In this document: piece by piece, positions 26,431-34,815 of the stretch
How positions within the stretch are numbered: position 1 is the first letter of the stretch
Layout: each line of letters starts with the position of its first letter
Assembly (NCBI GenBank): GCA_013204155.1
Contig: JABMOK010000090.1
Coordinates: 14,850 to 78,849 of the forward strand
Reading direction: 5' to 3'
Origin: Pseudohongiella sp.
GTDB taxonomy: Bacteria > Pseudomonadota > Gammaproteobacteria > Pseudomonadales > Pseudohongiellaceae
DNA length: 64,000 nucleotides
Notes under the pieces: model-generated
Databases searched by the model: none
Told to the model about the DNA's origin: nothing
Seen by the model: the letters and a program-made list of their open reading frames with translations, nothing else
Position numbers and translations under genes: made by a program

Positions 26431-27897
26431 TCAATCATTCCCTTGAGCGAGTGTCTGATCTGTTGATACGGGCGCCCAGCACAGGGGACAACTCACATCG
26501 TAGTCATTTCTGTCTTTCATATTGGCTCGCCTGACGGCCATCTCCGCCTGAAACTGCTCTTCAGTAAGCTCCACCGAATAGCCCAGATCGATAAACATAT
26601 TAGAGACAGAACGACGACCACCGCCCGCCCAATTTCTTGAATCTGCAAGATTTGGATTGGCTTTGGTGGTATCAAGATAGCCTATGGTGTGCAATATGGT
26701 GCCCTTTGGTAGCAGAGGCGCGGCGTCGTCTTCATACACATATTGCTTCACCCAGTTGTGATCATATCCGACACAACTCAAGGTGAACTGGTTGTGTCCC
26801 CAGATCGCTTCCATACACATGCGCACGCCAGGAGCATGCAGATGGGGTTCGAAGGCAATTATTTTGGTGTGTTCCTGTAGTACCACGTAATTATGGAATT
26901 CCTGATTGGCTTTATTGGGAACCACATCGATGTCGATGCCGTTTCCCGTGCGTGGTCCACGCTTGCCATATTCAGGCTCATAGCCTACGGGAAAGAATTT
27001 AATGCCAAATTCTACGTAGCCGGTGGTGTCACGGCCATTGGAATGCATATGGGTTGCACCCAGGCTCAGCGCAGAATTTGCCGGCATCAAGCGTCCTGCC
27101 TTCTCGGGAAAAATATCCGCATTGCGACCCACTTCATGGATTGGCCAGCTGGTGATATTGTCCACGACTTCTCTGCCATCTTCGCTCAAGGTACCGCTGG
27201 TGTAGGTTAGATGGTGAACGATGTAGCGCCCGCCTACTGTGCCAGAGCTGGCATCGGCAGGTATATCGTTGATTTCTCGCACCTGAATCGCCTGCACATA
27301 GCGATCTTCGGTCAAGCCAGTCGGGACCAGACCAATATCGCCCCACCAGTCCGGACCCACGGCAGGTCGGGAAACGTCAGCAGAACGGAGGATTAAATCT
27401 GGCTCTCCAATGGTCCACTCAATGCCTTCGTCAAAACTAAGCAAAGGCGGCTCGTTATCTGGATTACCGCGTGGTGCGCCGTTGTCCGCCCAAGCCTGAA
27501 TCAGCGCCAGATCGATGTCATCCAGCGAATAGTCATCCTTAAAGCGGGTGATACCAATGTGTTTCTCGGCATAAAAAGGCGGCATGGCACCCATGCGATC
27601 TCTGATAGCCGTACGATACTTAATCACTGGCGCCCATGGGCGAACCTGATCGTAAGTCATCAGGGACATCGGCCCGCCGCCACCTGGTCGGTGACAGTTT
27701 TGGCAACTGCGTTGCAGAATCGGCGCGATATGATCGGCAAAGGTGACGCTGGCTGGATCTATATCGAAATCGGTGGCGTCATAGTAATGCGGCTGGTGAT
27801 TAGCAACACTGGCATCGTGAGACTGAGCAACAGCGATCAGCGGTGTAAGCAGCAGCGCGAGAGTCGAACAGATCGTGAGAAAAAATCTGGCTTGCAT
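26431..27897 (-). CDS. exported mono-heme c (CxxCH) domain fused to a PHM/DBH-like copper monooxygenase-type domain
   Basis: It has a signal peptide and FADHIAPILQRSCQNCH (heme motif at 27691-27705). Candidate copper ligands are HH at residues 228-229, HMH at 283-285, HLH at 352-354 and Met434, in the same order as the PHM CuH and CuM ligands. Confidence 0.65.
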   Translation of the reverse strand: MQARFFLTICSTLALLLTPLIAVAQSHDASVANHQPHYYDATDFDIDPASVTFADHIAPILQRSCQNCHRPGGGGPMSLMTYDQVRPWAPVIKYRTAIRDRMGAMPPFYAEKHIGITRFKDDYSLDDIDLALIQAWADNGAPRGNPDNEPPLLSFDEGIEWTIGEPDLILRSADVSRPAVGPDWWGDIGLVPTGLTEDRYVQAIQVREINDIPADASSGTVGGRYIVHHLTYTSGTLSEDGREVVDNITSWPIHEVGRNADIFPEKAGRLMPANSALSLGATHMHSNGRDTTGYVEFGIKFFPVGYEPEYGKRGPRTGNGIDIDVVPNKANQEFHNYVVLQEHTKIIAFEPHLHAPGVRMCMEAIWGHNQFTLSCVGYDHNWVKQYVYEDDAAPLLPKGTILHTIGYLDTTKANPNLADSRNWAGGGRRSVSNMFIDLGYSVELTEEQFQAEMAVRRANMKDRNDYDVSCPLCWAPVSTDQTLAQGND

Positions 27898-28073
27898 TGC
27901 AGTTTCCCCTTGGTTATTTGGTTAATATCGAAAGTTTGTCATCGGCCCAGTCTATCCGAATTCAGACCAGGAATGTATCTGGATAGTACCGAAAAAGCAC
28001 TAAAAAGCACAGAAAAGACTGCCCGTAACAAATAGTCACAATGTCGCCGCTGGCGGCCTTATCAGCCCCATTA

Positions 28074-28162
28074 ACACCACTATCAACACCAACTACCAGC
28101 ACCACTATCAGCACCACTATCAACACCAACTATCAGCACCAACTATCAACACCAACTACAGC
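28074..28162. repeat. about seven degenerate 12-13-bp tandem repeats
   Basis: The CACCA(A)CTATCAR unit repeats head to tail in the spacer between the PQQ dehydrogenase stop (28235) and the downstream monooxygenase-like start (27897). Confidence 0.85.
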
Positions 28163-28234
28163 GCTCAGAACGGCAGAAATTCTGTGGGATATCCTTCCAC
28201 AAGCTGAGGAAGAAGCGGCTTTACCCGAGAAGTT

Positions 28235-29884
28235 TTACTCCTCGGGTAAAGCAAAGGCGGTAAGGGTTGTCCCGGAAGGAATCAGCACGTATTGGCGGCC
28301 ATCTAATATGTGGGTCATCGGTGCGGCTCCCCAGATTCTGGAGCCGGTTTGGTAATGCCAGAGGTTTTCACCGGACTCGGCATCAAACGCCATCAAATTC
28401 CCTTCATGATCGCCGGCAAATACCAGTCCTGAAGCAGTTGTCATCACCCCACCAAAGCTGGGCGAAGGATAGGTAAATTCCCAGCGCAACTCGCCGGTAT
28501 GGACATCCAGCGCCCGAAGTGCACCTGAGCCCTGTTCATTGTCAATAAATACCACACCACCAAATGAGGCCTGACCGGGTGCCAGTTGTGGCTCTTCAGG
28601 CACAAAGGTCGCACAGGTTTCCCGTGCCGTCAGAAAGAACAAATCAAGTTCGGGATAGAAAGAAGGCGGCATAAAATTGGTGCCGCCCCAGGGATCCGGC
28701 AAACAGCCCTTGCTACCATCATTCAACACTATTGGCCGCCCGTCACTGCCGATCTCCCGCGCCCAGGTAGTGCCGGTAAAAGGTTTACCTAATAGCAACT
28801 CACCGGTGACCCTGTCCAGCACATAAAAGAAACCATTGCGATTCGCCTGCATAACAACCGCTCTTGGCTGACCCTGCCACTCGATTTCCGCCAGCACCGG
28901 TATCTGATTCGAGTCCCAATCGTGTAAATCATGTGGGGTAAATTGATAGTGCCAACGCAGTTGGCCAGTAGCGGCCTCTAGCGCCACGATCGAATTGGAA
29001 TAAAGATTGTCACCTGGGCGAGTAGCGCCGAAATAATCGGGATTGGGATTACCCACTCCCCAATAGATCAAATCCAGCTCTGGATCATAGCTGCCGTTCA
29101 TCCAGGAACCGCCACCCCCTCTGGCGAGAATATCGGCATCGTCAGGCCAGGTTTCGCTGCCTGGCTCGCCGGGCCCGGGTATTGTATTAAAGCGCCATAT
29201 TCGCTCGCCGGTTACGGGGTCAAAGGCATCGATAAATCCCCGTGTCGCATACTCGCCACCGGAAATACCCACGATAACCTTGCCATCAATAACCAGCGGC
29301 GCCATAGTCGCCGCGTAACCTACTCGATAATCTGCTAACACCACGTCCCAAAGAATTTCCCCGCTTCTGCGATCGAGTGACAGCAGGTGCGCATCCAGGG
29401 TTACCATGAAAAGGCTATTGCCCAGCATACCAAAGCCACGATTTACCGGGGAGCTGGCGCCATAGGTCAGATCGCTGGGCAGGTTGCGTCGATATTGCCA
29501 GAAGCTGCGACCGGTTTTGGCATCGATGGCCCAGGCATAATTGTTCGAGCCGGTGACATACAGAACACCTTCATCAACCAGAGGAGTAGTCTCAAACCCC
29601 CGACCTCGGGTGGTGGTACCTGTTTGAAATGTCCAGACAGGCCTGAGCTGCTGGACATTTTCTGGCGTAATTTGAGCCAGTGGACTGTGTCGCTTACTGC
29701 TGTAATCGCCCGAGTAAGTGAGCCAGCGTGATGAATCGGCAAAGCCCTGCAGAATATCTTCATAGCTTGGTCCGGAAGAGACAGACCCGGAATTGGCTTG
29801 ACCCACTACGGCCAGAGGCAGACTCATCAAAACCAGACCAGCGAGCATTCGATTAAGCGGTTTACTGAAGTTTATTGTCTGCAT
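28235..29884 (-). CDS. exported PQQ-dependent dehydrogenase, methanol/ethanol-family eight-bladed propeller
   Basis: It has a signal peptide and the blocks WLTYSGDYSSKRHSPL, GFETTPLV, ISGGEYATRGF and FTPHDLHDWDSNQ. The vicinal Cys-Cys before VNRG is absent (GASSPVNRG). Confidence 0.85.
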   Translation of the reverse strand: MQTINFSKPLNRMLAGLVLMSLPLAVVGQANSGSVSSGPSYEDILQGFADSSRWLTYSGDYSSKRHSPLAQITPENVQQLRPVWTFQTGTTTRGRGFETTPLVDEGVLYVTGSNNYAWAIDAKTGRSFWQYRRNLPSDLTYGASSPVNRGFGMLGNSLFMVTLDAHLLSLDRRSGEILWDVVLADYRVGYAATMAPLVIDGKVIVGISGGEYATRGFIDAFDPVTGERIWRFNTIPGPGEPGSETWPDDADILARGGGGSWMNGSYDPELDLIYWGVGNPNPDYFGATRPGDNLYSNSIVALEAATGQLRWHYQFTPHDLHDWDSNQIPVLAEIEWQGQPRAVVMQANRNGFFYVLDRVTGELLLGKPFTGTTWAREIGSDGRPIVLNDGSKGCLPDPWGGTNFMPPSFYPELDLFFLTARETCATFVPEEPQLAPGQASFGGVVFIDNEQGSGALRALDVHTGELRWEFTYPSPSFGGVMTTASGLVFAGDHEGNLMAFDAESGENLWHYQTGSRIWGAAPMTHILDGRQYVLIPSGTTLTAFALPEE

Positions 29885-29916
29885 AGTTTACGTATCTGCT
29901 TCGGTTGTTTTGTTTA

Positions 29917-30729
29917 TCAGCGCTGCTGATCTAGAAAGCCTAATATATCGTTTAGCTCGGAATCGCTCAGCTCGGCAATGGAGAAAGACGGCATCAGTGA
30001 GTTGGGTTCCCGATTCATCTGGCTAAGCTCAGATTTCATAAATCCGCGTAATTGCTGATTACTGTCCATTATCTGAATTGAAAAGGCATCTTCGCTTTTG
30101 ATTACCCCTTGCACCCGTCCCTGATTAACGCTTAAGAATGAAATCGGCTTATAGCCCCTGCCGATGGAAGCACTCGGTTCTCTTATGGAGCTGGCTATTG
30201 AATCCTGAGATCGACGCGCAGTAACCCCCGCAAGATTTGGTCCCAGCGCACTGCCTGCTCCCCCGACGCGATGACACCCGGCACAATTCGCATTAAACAG
30301 TCGTTGGCCGGTATCTGCATCGCCGGTAAATGGACGGGTTGCACCACCTGTCGCGATACTACGCAAGTAACTTACCAGCATCCAGATTTCTGTATCGGGA
30401 AAGCCGTGAGCAGGCATGATGCTGCCCGGAATTCCATTCTGGATAGTGGCGAAAACCGAGCCATCGGTATTGCCGTCCTGAGTCCAGATCAATGTCAGAT
30501 CGGGCGCCTCGATGCTGGCAATGCCTTTCGCATCCGCGCCGTGACAGGTGGCGCATTGGGCCCTGAATATCACGCCGCCAGCACCCGCGGCTCTGGGATC
30601 GCTGGCGAGCGGATTGTTTTGCTGGGCTTGTGCTACAGACAGGCCGCCGAGTAACAGCAGAGAGACGAGCGCGCAAACGCTGATTCTCATAACGCCGAAG
30701 TTAGTAACAAGATAATTTTTGGGTTTCAT
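29917..30729 (-). CDS. exported di-heme c-type cytochrome
   Basis: It has two CxxCH motifs (CATCHGADAKG and CAGCHRVGGAG). The second domain plus C-terminal extension resembles the heme-binding domain often attached to periplasmic dehydrogenases (GPNLAGV...SIREPSASI...SLMPSF). It lies 32 nt upstream of the PQQ dehydrogenase. Confidence 0.85.
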   Translation of the reverse strand: MKPKNYLVTNFGVMRISVCALVSLLLLGGLSVAQAQQNNPLASDPRAAGAGGVIFRAQCATCHGADAKGIASIEAPDLTLIWTQDGNTDGSVFATIQNGIPGSIMPAHGFPDTEIWMLVSYLRSIATGGATRPFTGDADTGQRLFNANCAGCHRVGGAGSALGPNLAGVTARRSQDSIASSIREPSASIGRGYKPISFLSVNQGRVQGVIKSEDAFSIQIMDSNQQLRGFMKSELSQMNREPNSLMPSFSIAELSDSELNDILGFLDQQR

Positions 30730-30967
30730 TATTGCGGCTTATTATTCTTATTGGGTATCACTCAAGTCTCGCCGCAGAATAACACCATCCCAAACTCCTA
30801 ACCACCCTTGCATTATTGACTCATGTTTAGCTGCTGGCCACCGTTAAACTTGCGGGAAAGGGCAGTAGATCGCATTTCATACTGAGACGCCGTCATTTAT
30901 TGACATTACCCGGCCGTTGGTTTATCTCTGTCGTTACGCATTTATAAAATCAATAGTGGAGAGCGTG

Positions 30968-31429
30968 ATGGACAATAACAACAGTAAGAAGGCGAAGTCG
31001 TCTGCCTGGCAGATACTCACTTCCGTAAGTGTGGCAATGGTACTTGGCTGGCTGGTACTGGGAACCCAATCCAATCCTTCATCAGCGCAGCAGAGCAATT
31101 TCATGGGAGGTTCTCCCAAGGTTGCAAACAGCGATGATGTTAGAACTCTGCGCTTGATCTTCCCTGCCGGTGTGCGCTCCAATTGGCACAGCCATTCCTG
31201 GGGACAGCTGTTAATGGTAGAGGAAGGCCGAGGCCTGACTCAGGATCGTGGCGGTCCACTGCTGGAGATGCATCCTGGCGAGCCATGGTGGACTCCGTCT
31301 GGCAGAGAACACTGGCACGGCGCCTTCCCTTCTGAAGATGTCTTGCAAATGACTATTTATGAAGGTGATGTGGAATGGCTGGAGGGGGTTTCAGACGCTG
31401 TCTATAACGCCACTCCGCGCCGACCCTGA
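30968..31429 (+). CDS. cupin-domain protein with an N-terminal membrane anchor or signal
   Basis: The start is moved to the ATG at 30968, behind GGAG. The cupin motifs are NWHSHSWGQLLMVEEG and HWHGA. Confidence 0.65.
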   Translation: MDNNNSKKAKSSAWQILTSVSVAMVLGWLVLGTQSNPSSAQQSNFMGGSPKVANSDDVRTLRLIFPAGVRSNWHSHSWGQLLMVEEGRGLTQDRGGPLLEMHPGEPWWTPSGREHWHGAFPSEDVLQMTIYEGDVEWLEGVSDAVYNATPRRP

Positions 31430-31476
31430 TCCAGCCCTGATCTTGTCAATCCACAAGAGCAAGACTTAAGCCTGAA

Positions 31477-31515
31477 TAAAAAAGGTGACCCGGTTTCCCG
31501 TGTCACCTTTTTTTA
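31477..31515 (+). terminator. rho-independent terminator after the cupin gene
   Basis: AAAAAAGGTGAC, then a loop, then GTCACCTTTTTTT. Confidence 0.75.
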
Positions 31516-31659
31516 TATCCGGCTCACCCCTCGCCACGAGCATCCGCTATTCAAGACCCATAACCTGCCTGCAAACAGGGCTTGGTGACCTTCCGCGCTG
31601 ATAGACCTATACTGATCGACCTGAATTGTATTGATTCTTGGCATCAGGGGGGGGTTGCA

Positions 31660-32874
31660 ATGAAATTCTACAAACGCGCAGCAAAAATAATTGGAATATT
31701 AGCTATTGGCTTAATGATCGCTGGATGCGGAGCGGAAGATCCCGCCATGCCAGAGCTAAGTTTCGAAGAATCACTACAGCAGCAACTGATTCAGGCCCGG
31801 CCTGGCGATGTCATTGAAATCCCGGCCGGCACCCATGAAATGACTCGCAGCCTTTCGCTCACTGTGCCTGGTGTCACGATTAGAGGCGCCGGCATGGATC
31901 GCTCCATTTTGTCATTCAAAAATCAAATTCAGGGCGCGGAGGGCTTGCTGGTAAGCGCGGATGATTTTGTAATTGAAGATCTGGCAATCGAAGACACTGT
32001 TGGCGATGCATTAAAAGTTAACGAAAGTGACAACGTTACTATTCGTCGAGTTCGCGCAGAATGGACAGGTGGCGCATTAACCACTAATGGCGCCTACGGC
32101 ATCTACCCCGTTCAATGCAATAAGGTATTAATTGACGATGTCCTGGTAATAGGCGCATCCGATGCCGGCATCTATGTCGGTCAATCCAGTCAGATTATCG
32201 TGCGAAATTCTCGTGTCGAATACAACGTTGCCGGCATAGAGATCGAAAACTCTACCTTCGCCGATGTGCATGACAATATTGCCACCAATAACACTGGCGG
32301 GATTCTTATTTTCGACTTGCCCAATCTGCCAGTGCAGGGAGGACGCAACACCCGGGTGTTCGATAATCAGATATTTGCCAATAATACTGCCAACTTTGCC
32401 CCCGAAGGCAATATCGTTGCAACAGTGCCAACGGGCACAGGACTGATGATTTTAGCCAATGACAATATTGAAGTATTCGGCAATGACTTCATTGATAACG
32501 ACAGCGTCAACGTTCTCATCGTCAGCTATTTGATTACCGCACTTCCTATCGATGATCCTGACTATGATCCCTTCCCGGAATCTATTTTCATCCATAACAA
32601 TCAATTTAGCGGCGGCGGAGAAACGCCCGATTCAGAACCACTGGCGCTGCTGCAGTCAGCTACGGCGCAATCCATTCCAGACGTTGTATGGGACGGAATC
32701 CTTGTTGACGGAAAACAGGCCAAGGATATATTGTGCCTGGCAGAGAATGGCGAAGTGACGTTTGTTAATCTGGATGCCAGCAATGGTTTCGCTGCACCCT
32801 CATTTGATACCGATGCTCACCGATGTTCACTTCCACGCCTGTCAGTAATTTCATTGAGTCCGGCGGCACAATGA
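31660..32874 (+). CDS. parallel beta-helix repeat lipoprotein
   Basis: The start is moved to MKFYKRAAKIIGILAIGLMIAGCG, which has a lipobox. Repetitive beta-helix turns are present (NVAGIEIENS, NNTGGILIFD, NDSVNVLIVS). Confidence 0.75.
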   Translation: MKFYKRAAKIIGILAIGLMIAGCGAEDPAMPELSFEESLQQQLIQARPGDVIEIPAGTHEMTRSLSLTVPGVTIRGAGMDRSILSFKNQIQGAEGLLVSADDFVIEDLAIEDTVGDALKVNESDNVTIRRVRAEWTGGALTTNGAYGIYPVQCNKVLIDDVLVIGASDAGIYVGQSSQIIVRNSRVEYNVAGIEIENSTFADVHDNIATNNTGGILIFDLPNLPVQGGRNTRVFDNQIFANNTANFAPEGNIVATVPTGTGLMILANDNIEVFGNDFIDNDSVNVLIVSYLITALPIDDPDYDPFPESIFIHNNQFSGGGETPDSEPLALLQSATAQSIPDVVWDGILVDGKQAKDILCLAENGEVTFVNLDASNGFAAPSFDTDAHRCSLPRLSVISLSPAAQ

Positions 32875-33968
32875 TACGCGCACAATTGCGCTTACTGTTT
32901 GTGAGCGTAGTGCTCTCCCTGGTTTTTGCCTGCACCGATTCAGGTCCGGTTTTTCATGCCCAAGACAGGCCGCTACGCCTGTCTGAGTGGAATCTCTATT
33001 CACTTAGCGCCGATGCCTTAATCCCTAGCGAATCCAGCCTGGTTTTCCGTCCTGCCAACCCGCTTTTTACCGACTATGCGCACAAGTTACGCAGCCTGTG
33101 GATTCCTGCGAATACACAGGCGCATTTAGCAGAGGGTGAAATTGACTACCCAGTTGGCACGGTGCTGAGCAAGACCTTTTATTATCCAAAGAATACGCAA
33201 GGTGCGATTGAAAAACGCGAAGACCCAGGCCTTGAGAAAATCGATCTCCAGTACAACCAGCTCATCGAGACCAGACTATTGGTACGCAAGGAAATGGGCT
33301 GGGATGCTTTCCCCTATGTCTGGAATGACGAACAAACTGAGGCCTTCTTGCGTGTCGCCGGTGCAAGCAAATCAATTCAGCTAACGAGCGAGCAAGGCAC
33401 TCTCGATTTTGTCTATTTCGTTCCCAATGAAAATCAGTGCGCGGGCTGTCATACCACATCTCATCCCGATGGAGACATGCATCCGCTAGGCGCGATAGCC
33501 AGTCAATTAAGTTCGAGCGTTTTCCCTCGAGAAGGATTAATGGAAATTCAGACCGAAATATTGCGGGCGCGAGGTTGGCTAGATGAAATACCTATTCGAA
33601 TGGAAAGTAAATCCTGGCGCGACGAAAGCTATTCTATCGAGGATCGCGCCCTGGCCTATCTCAACATACATTGCGGTCACTGTCATAACCCCAATGGCGC
33701 CGCCGATACTTCCGGCCTGATTCTCGATGGTTCTCACGCAATCAGAATCAACATGGGAGTATGCAAACCCCCGGTTGCCGCTGGCGGTGGATCTGGAGAC
33801 CTGCTATACGGTATCGTGCCAGGAGCGCCGGAGCAGTCGATTTTGCTGTACCGAATGCAATCGGCCAAGCCTGATGAAATGATGCCCGAACTCGGCAGGT
33901 CACTGGTACACGTGGAGGGGGTAGAGCTAATTGGGCGCTGGATATCCGAAATGCCAGGAAGCTGTTAG
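32871..33968 (+). CDS. di-heme c-type cytochrome lipoprotein (SO_2930/HNE_0200-like)
   Basis: The ATG at 32871 overlaps the upstream stop as ATGA. It has the lipobox LVFAC and the heme motifs CAGCH and CGHCHNPNG. Pairing with a beta-helix protein matches a conserved gene pair that I recall. Confidence 0.7.
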   Translation: MIRAQLRLLFVSVVLSLVFACTDSGPVFHAQDRPLRLSEWNLYSLSADALIPSESSLVFRPANPLFTDYAHKLRSLWIPANTQAHLAEGEIDYPVGTVLSKTFYYPKNTQGAIEKREDPGLEKIDLQYNQLIETRLLVRKEMGWDAFPYVWNDEQTEAFLRVAGASKSIQLTSEQGTLDFVYFVPNENQCAGCHTTSHPDGDMHPLGAIASQLSSSVFPREGLMEIQTEILRARGWLDEIPIRMESKSWRDESYSIEDRALAYLNIHCGHCHNPNGAADTSGLILDGSHAIRINMGVCKPPVAAGGGSGDLLYGIVPGAPEQSILLYRMQSAKPDEMMPELGRSLVHVEGVELIGRWISEMPGSC

Positions 33969-34076
33969 AATTTTTTTATTTCTCGTACTCACCGGGTAAG
34001 TAGTCACGTAGCAAGTAGCAAGTAGCAAGTAAACACATAATAAGTAGACTCTTGGAAAACAGCAGGAAGACTTCTC

Positions 34077-34781
34077 ATGTTCTATAAAACCCTTTTGAAA
34101 TATTTACCGGCAATCTGCGTACTGCCATTCGCCTTGCTGGCACCACTCTCCTTCGGCGCCGAATTTGGCACAGAAAAAGTTTCCTTCTCCGGCAGAATCG
34201 AAACTTCGGCGAGCGCAACAGCCTGCGGTGTTTGCTCTGTTACACATAGCGTGGTGGATACCAGTGGTACATTAAGCCTGCAAATTGGTAATTCCTTCGT
34301 CGACTTATCTCTAATCAGCGACGATGAGCAGACCCATCAATTCACCGGCTATTTCTATCAAACAACTGGCCAGTGCGGAATTAACCAGTGCACCCTGTTC
34401 GCAATCGAACAGATTGATACACAACAGACCAGGGCATCGTCCTATACTTCCTCCACTGAAAAAATCAGCATACAATCTGTGGTGATCGATGGTAATAGCG
34501 ATGCAGCATATTCGGTTACGCTTGCGGCGCCTTTTAATGTCGATAGCGCTACTCTACTTTCGCCCGAGAATTTAATTCCCCAGGGGGGCGACTGTTCGGC
34601 GCAAGGCGCAGTCTGTAGCAGCGGCACTGTGTGCCTGGCCTACTTCGGTATTGCCGGAGGGCAAGGTCCGGAATTCAAGAGCTGCGAGATTCCCTGTTCA
34701 CTCCCCGGCGCCTCCTGCCCTCTGGGCCAGTCCTGCACAACCATCGCCGATGGCCCCGGCCTGGTTTGCAGGGTAGACTGA
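34077..34781 (+). CDS. hypothetical exported protein with a Cys-rich C-terminal module
   Basis: It has a signal peptide. The last 65 aa or so carry 8 Cys in a knot-like spacing (CSAQGAVCSSGTVCLAY...CEIPCSLPGASCPLGQSCTT...VCRVD). Confidence 0.5.
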   Translation: MFYKTLLKYLPAICVLPFALLAPLSFGAEFGTEKVSFSGRIETSASATACGVCSVTHSVVDTSGTLSLQIGNSFVDLSLISDDEQTHQFTGYFYQTTGQCGINQCTLFAIEQIDTQQTRASSYTSSTEKISIQSVVIDGNSDAAYSVTLAAPFNVDSATLLSPENLIPQGGDCSAQGAVCSSGTVCLAYFGIAGGQGPEFKSCEIPCSLPGASCPLGQSCTTIADGPGLVCRVD

Positions 34782-34815
34782 GAATCCAAATCAGAATAAG
34801 AAAGCGAACCCTCTC

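Noticed and set aside
28041-28355. 104-aa plus-strand ORF with STPTTSTTISTTINT-type sequence
   Set aside because: The reading frame is generated by the 12-13-bp DNA repeat array. It then runs antisense into the 3' end of the PQQ dehydrogenase gene. There is no SD or family support.
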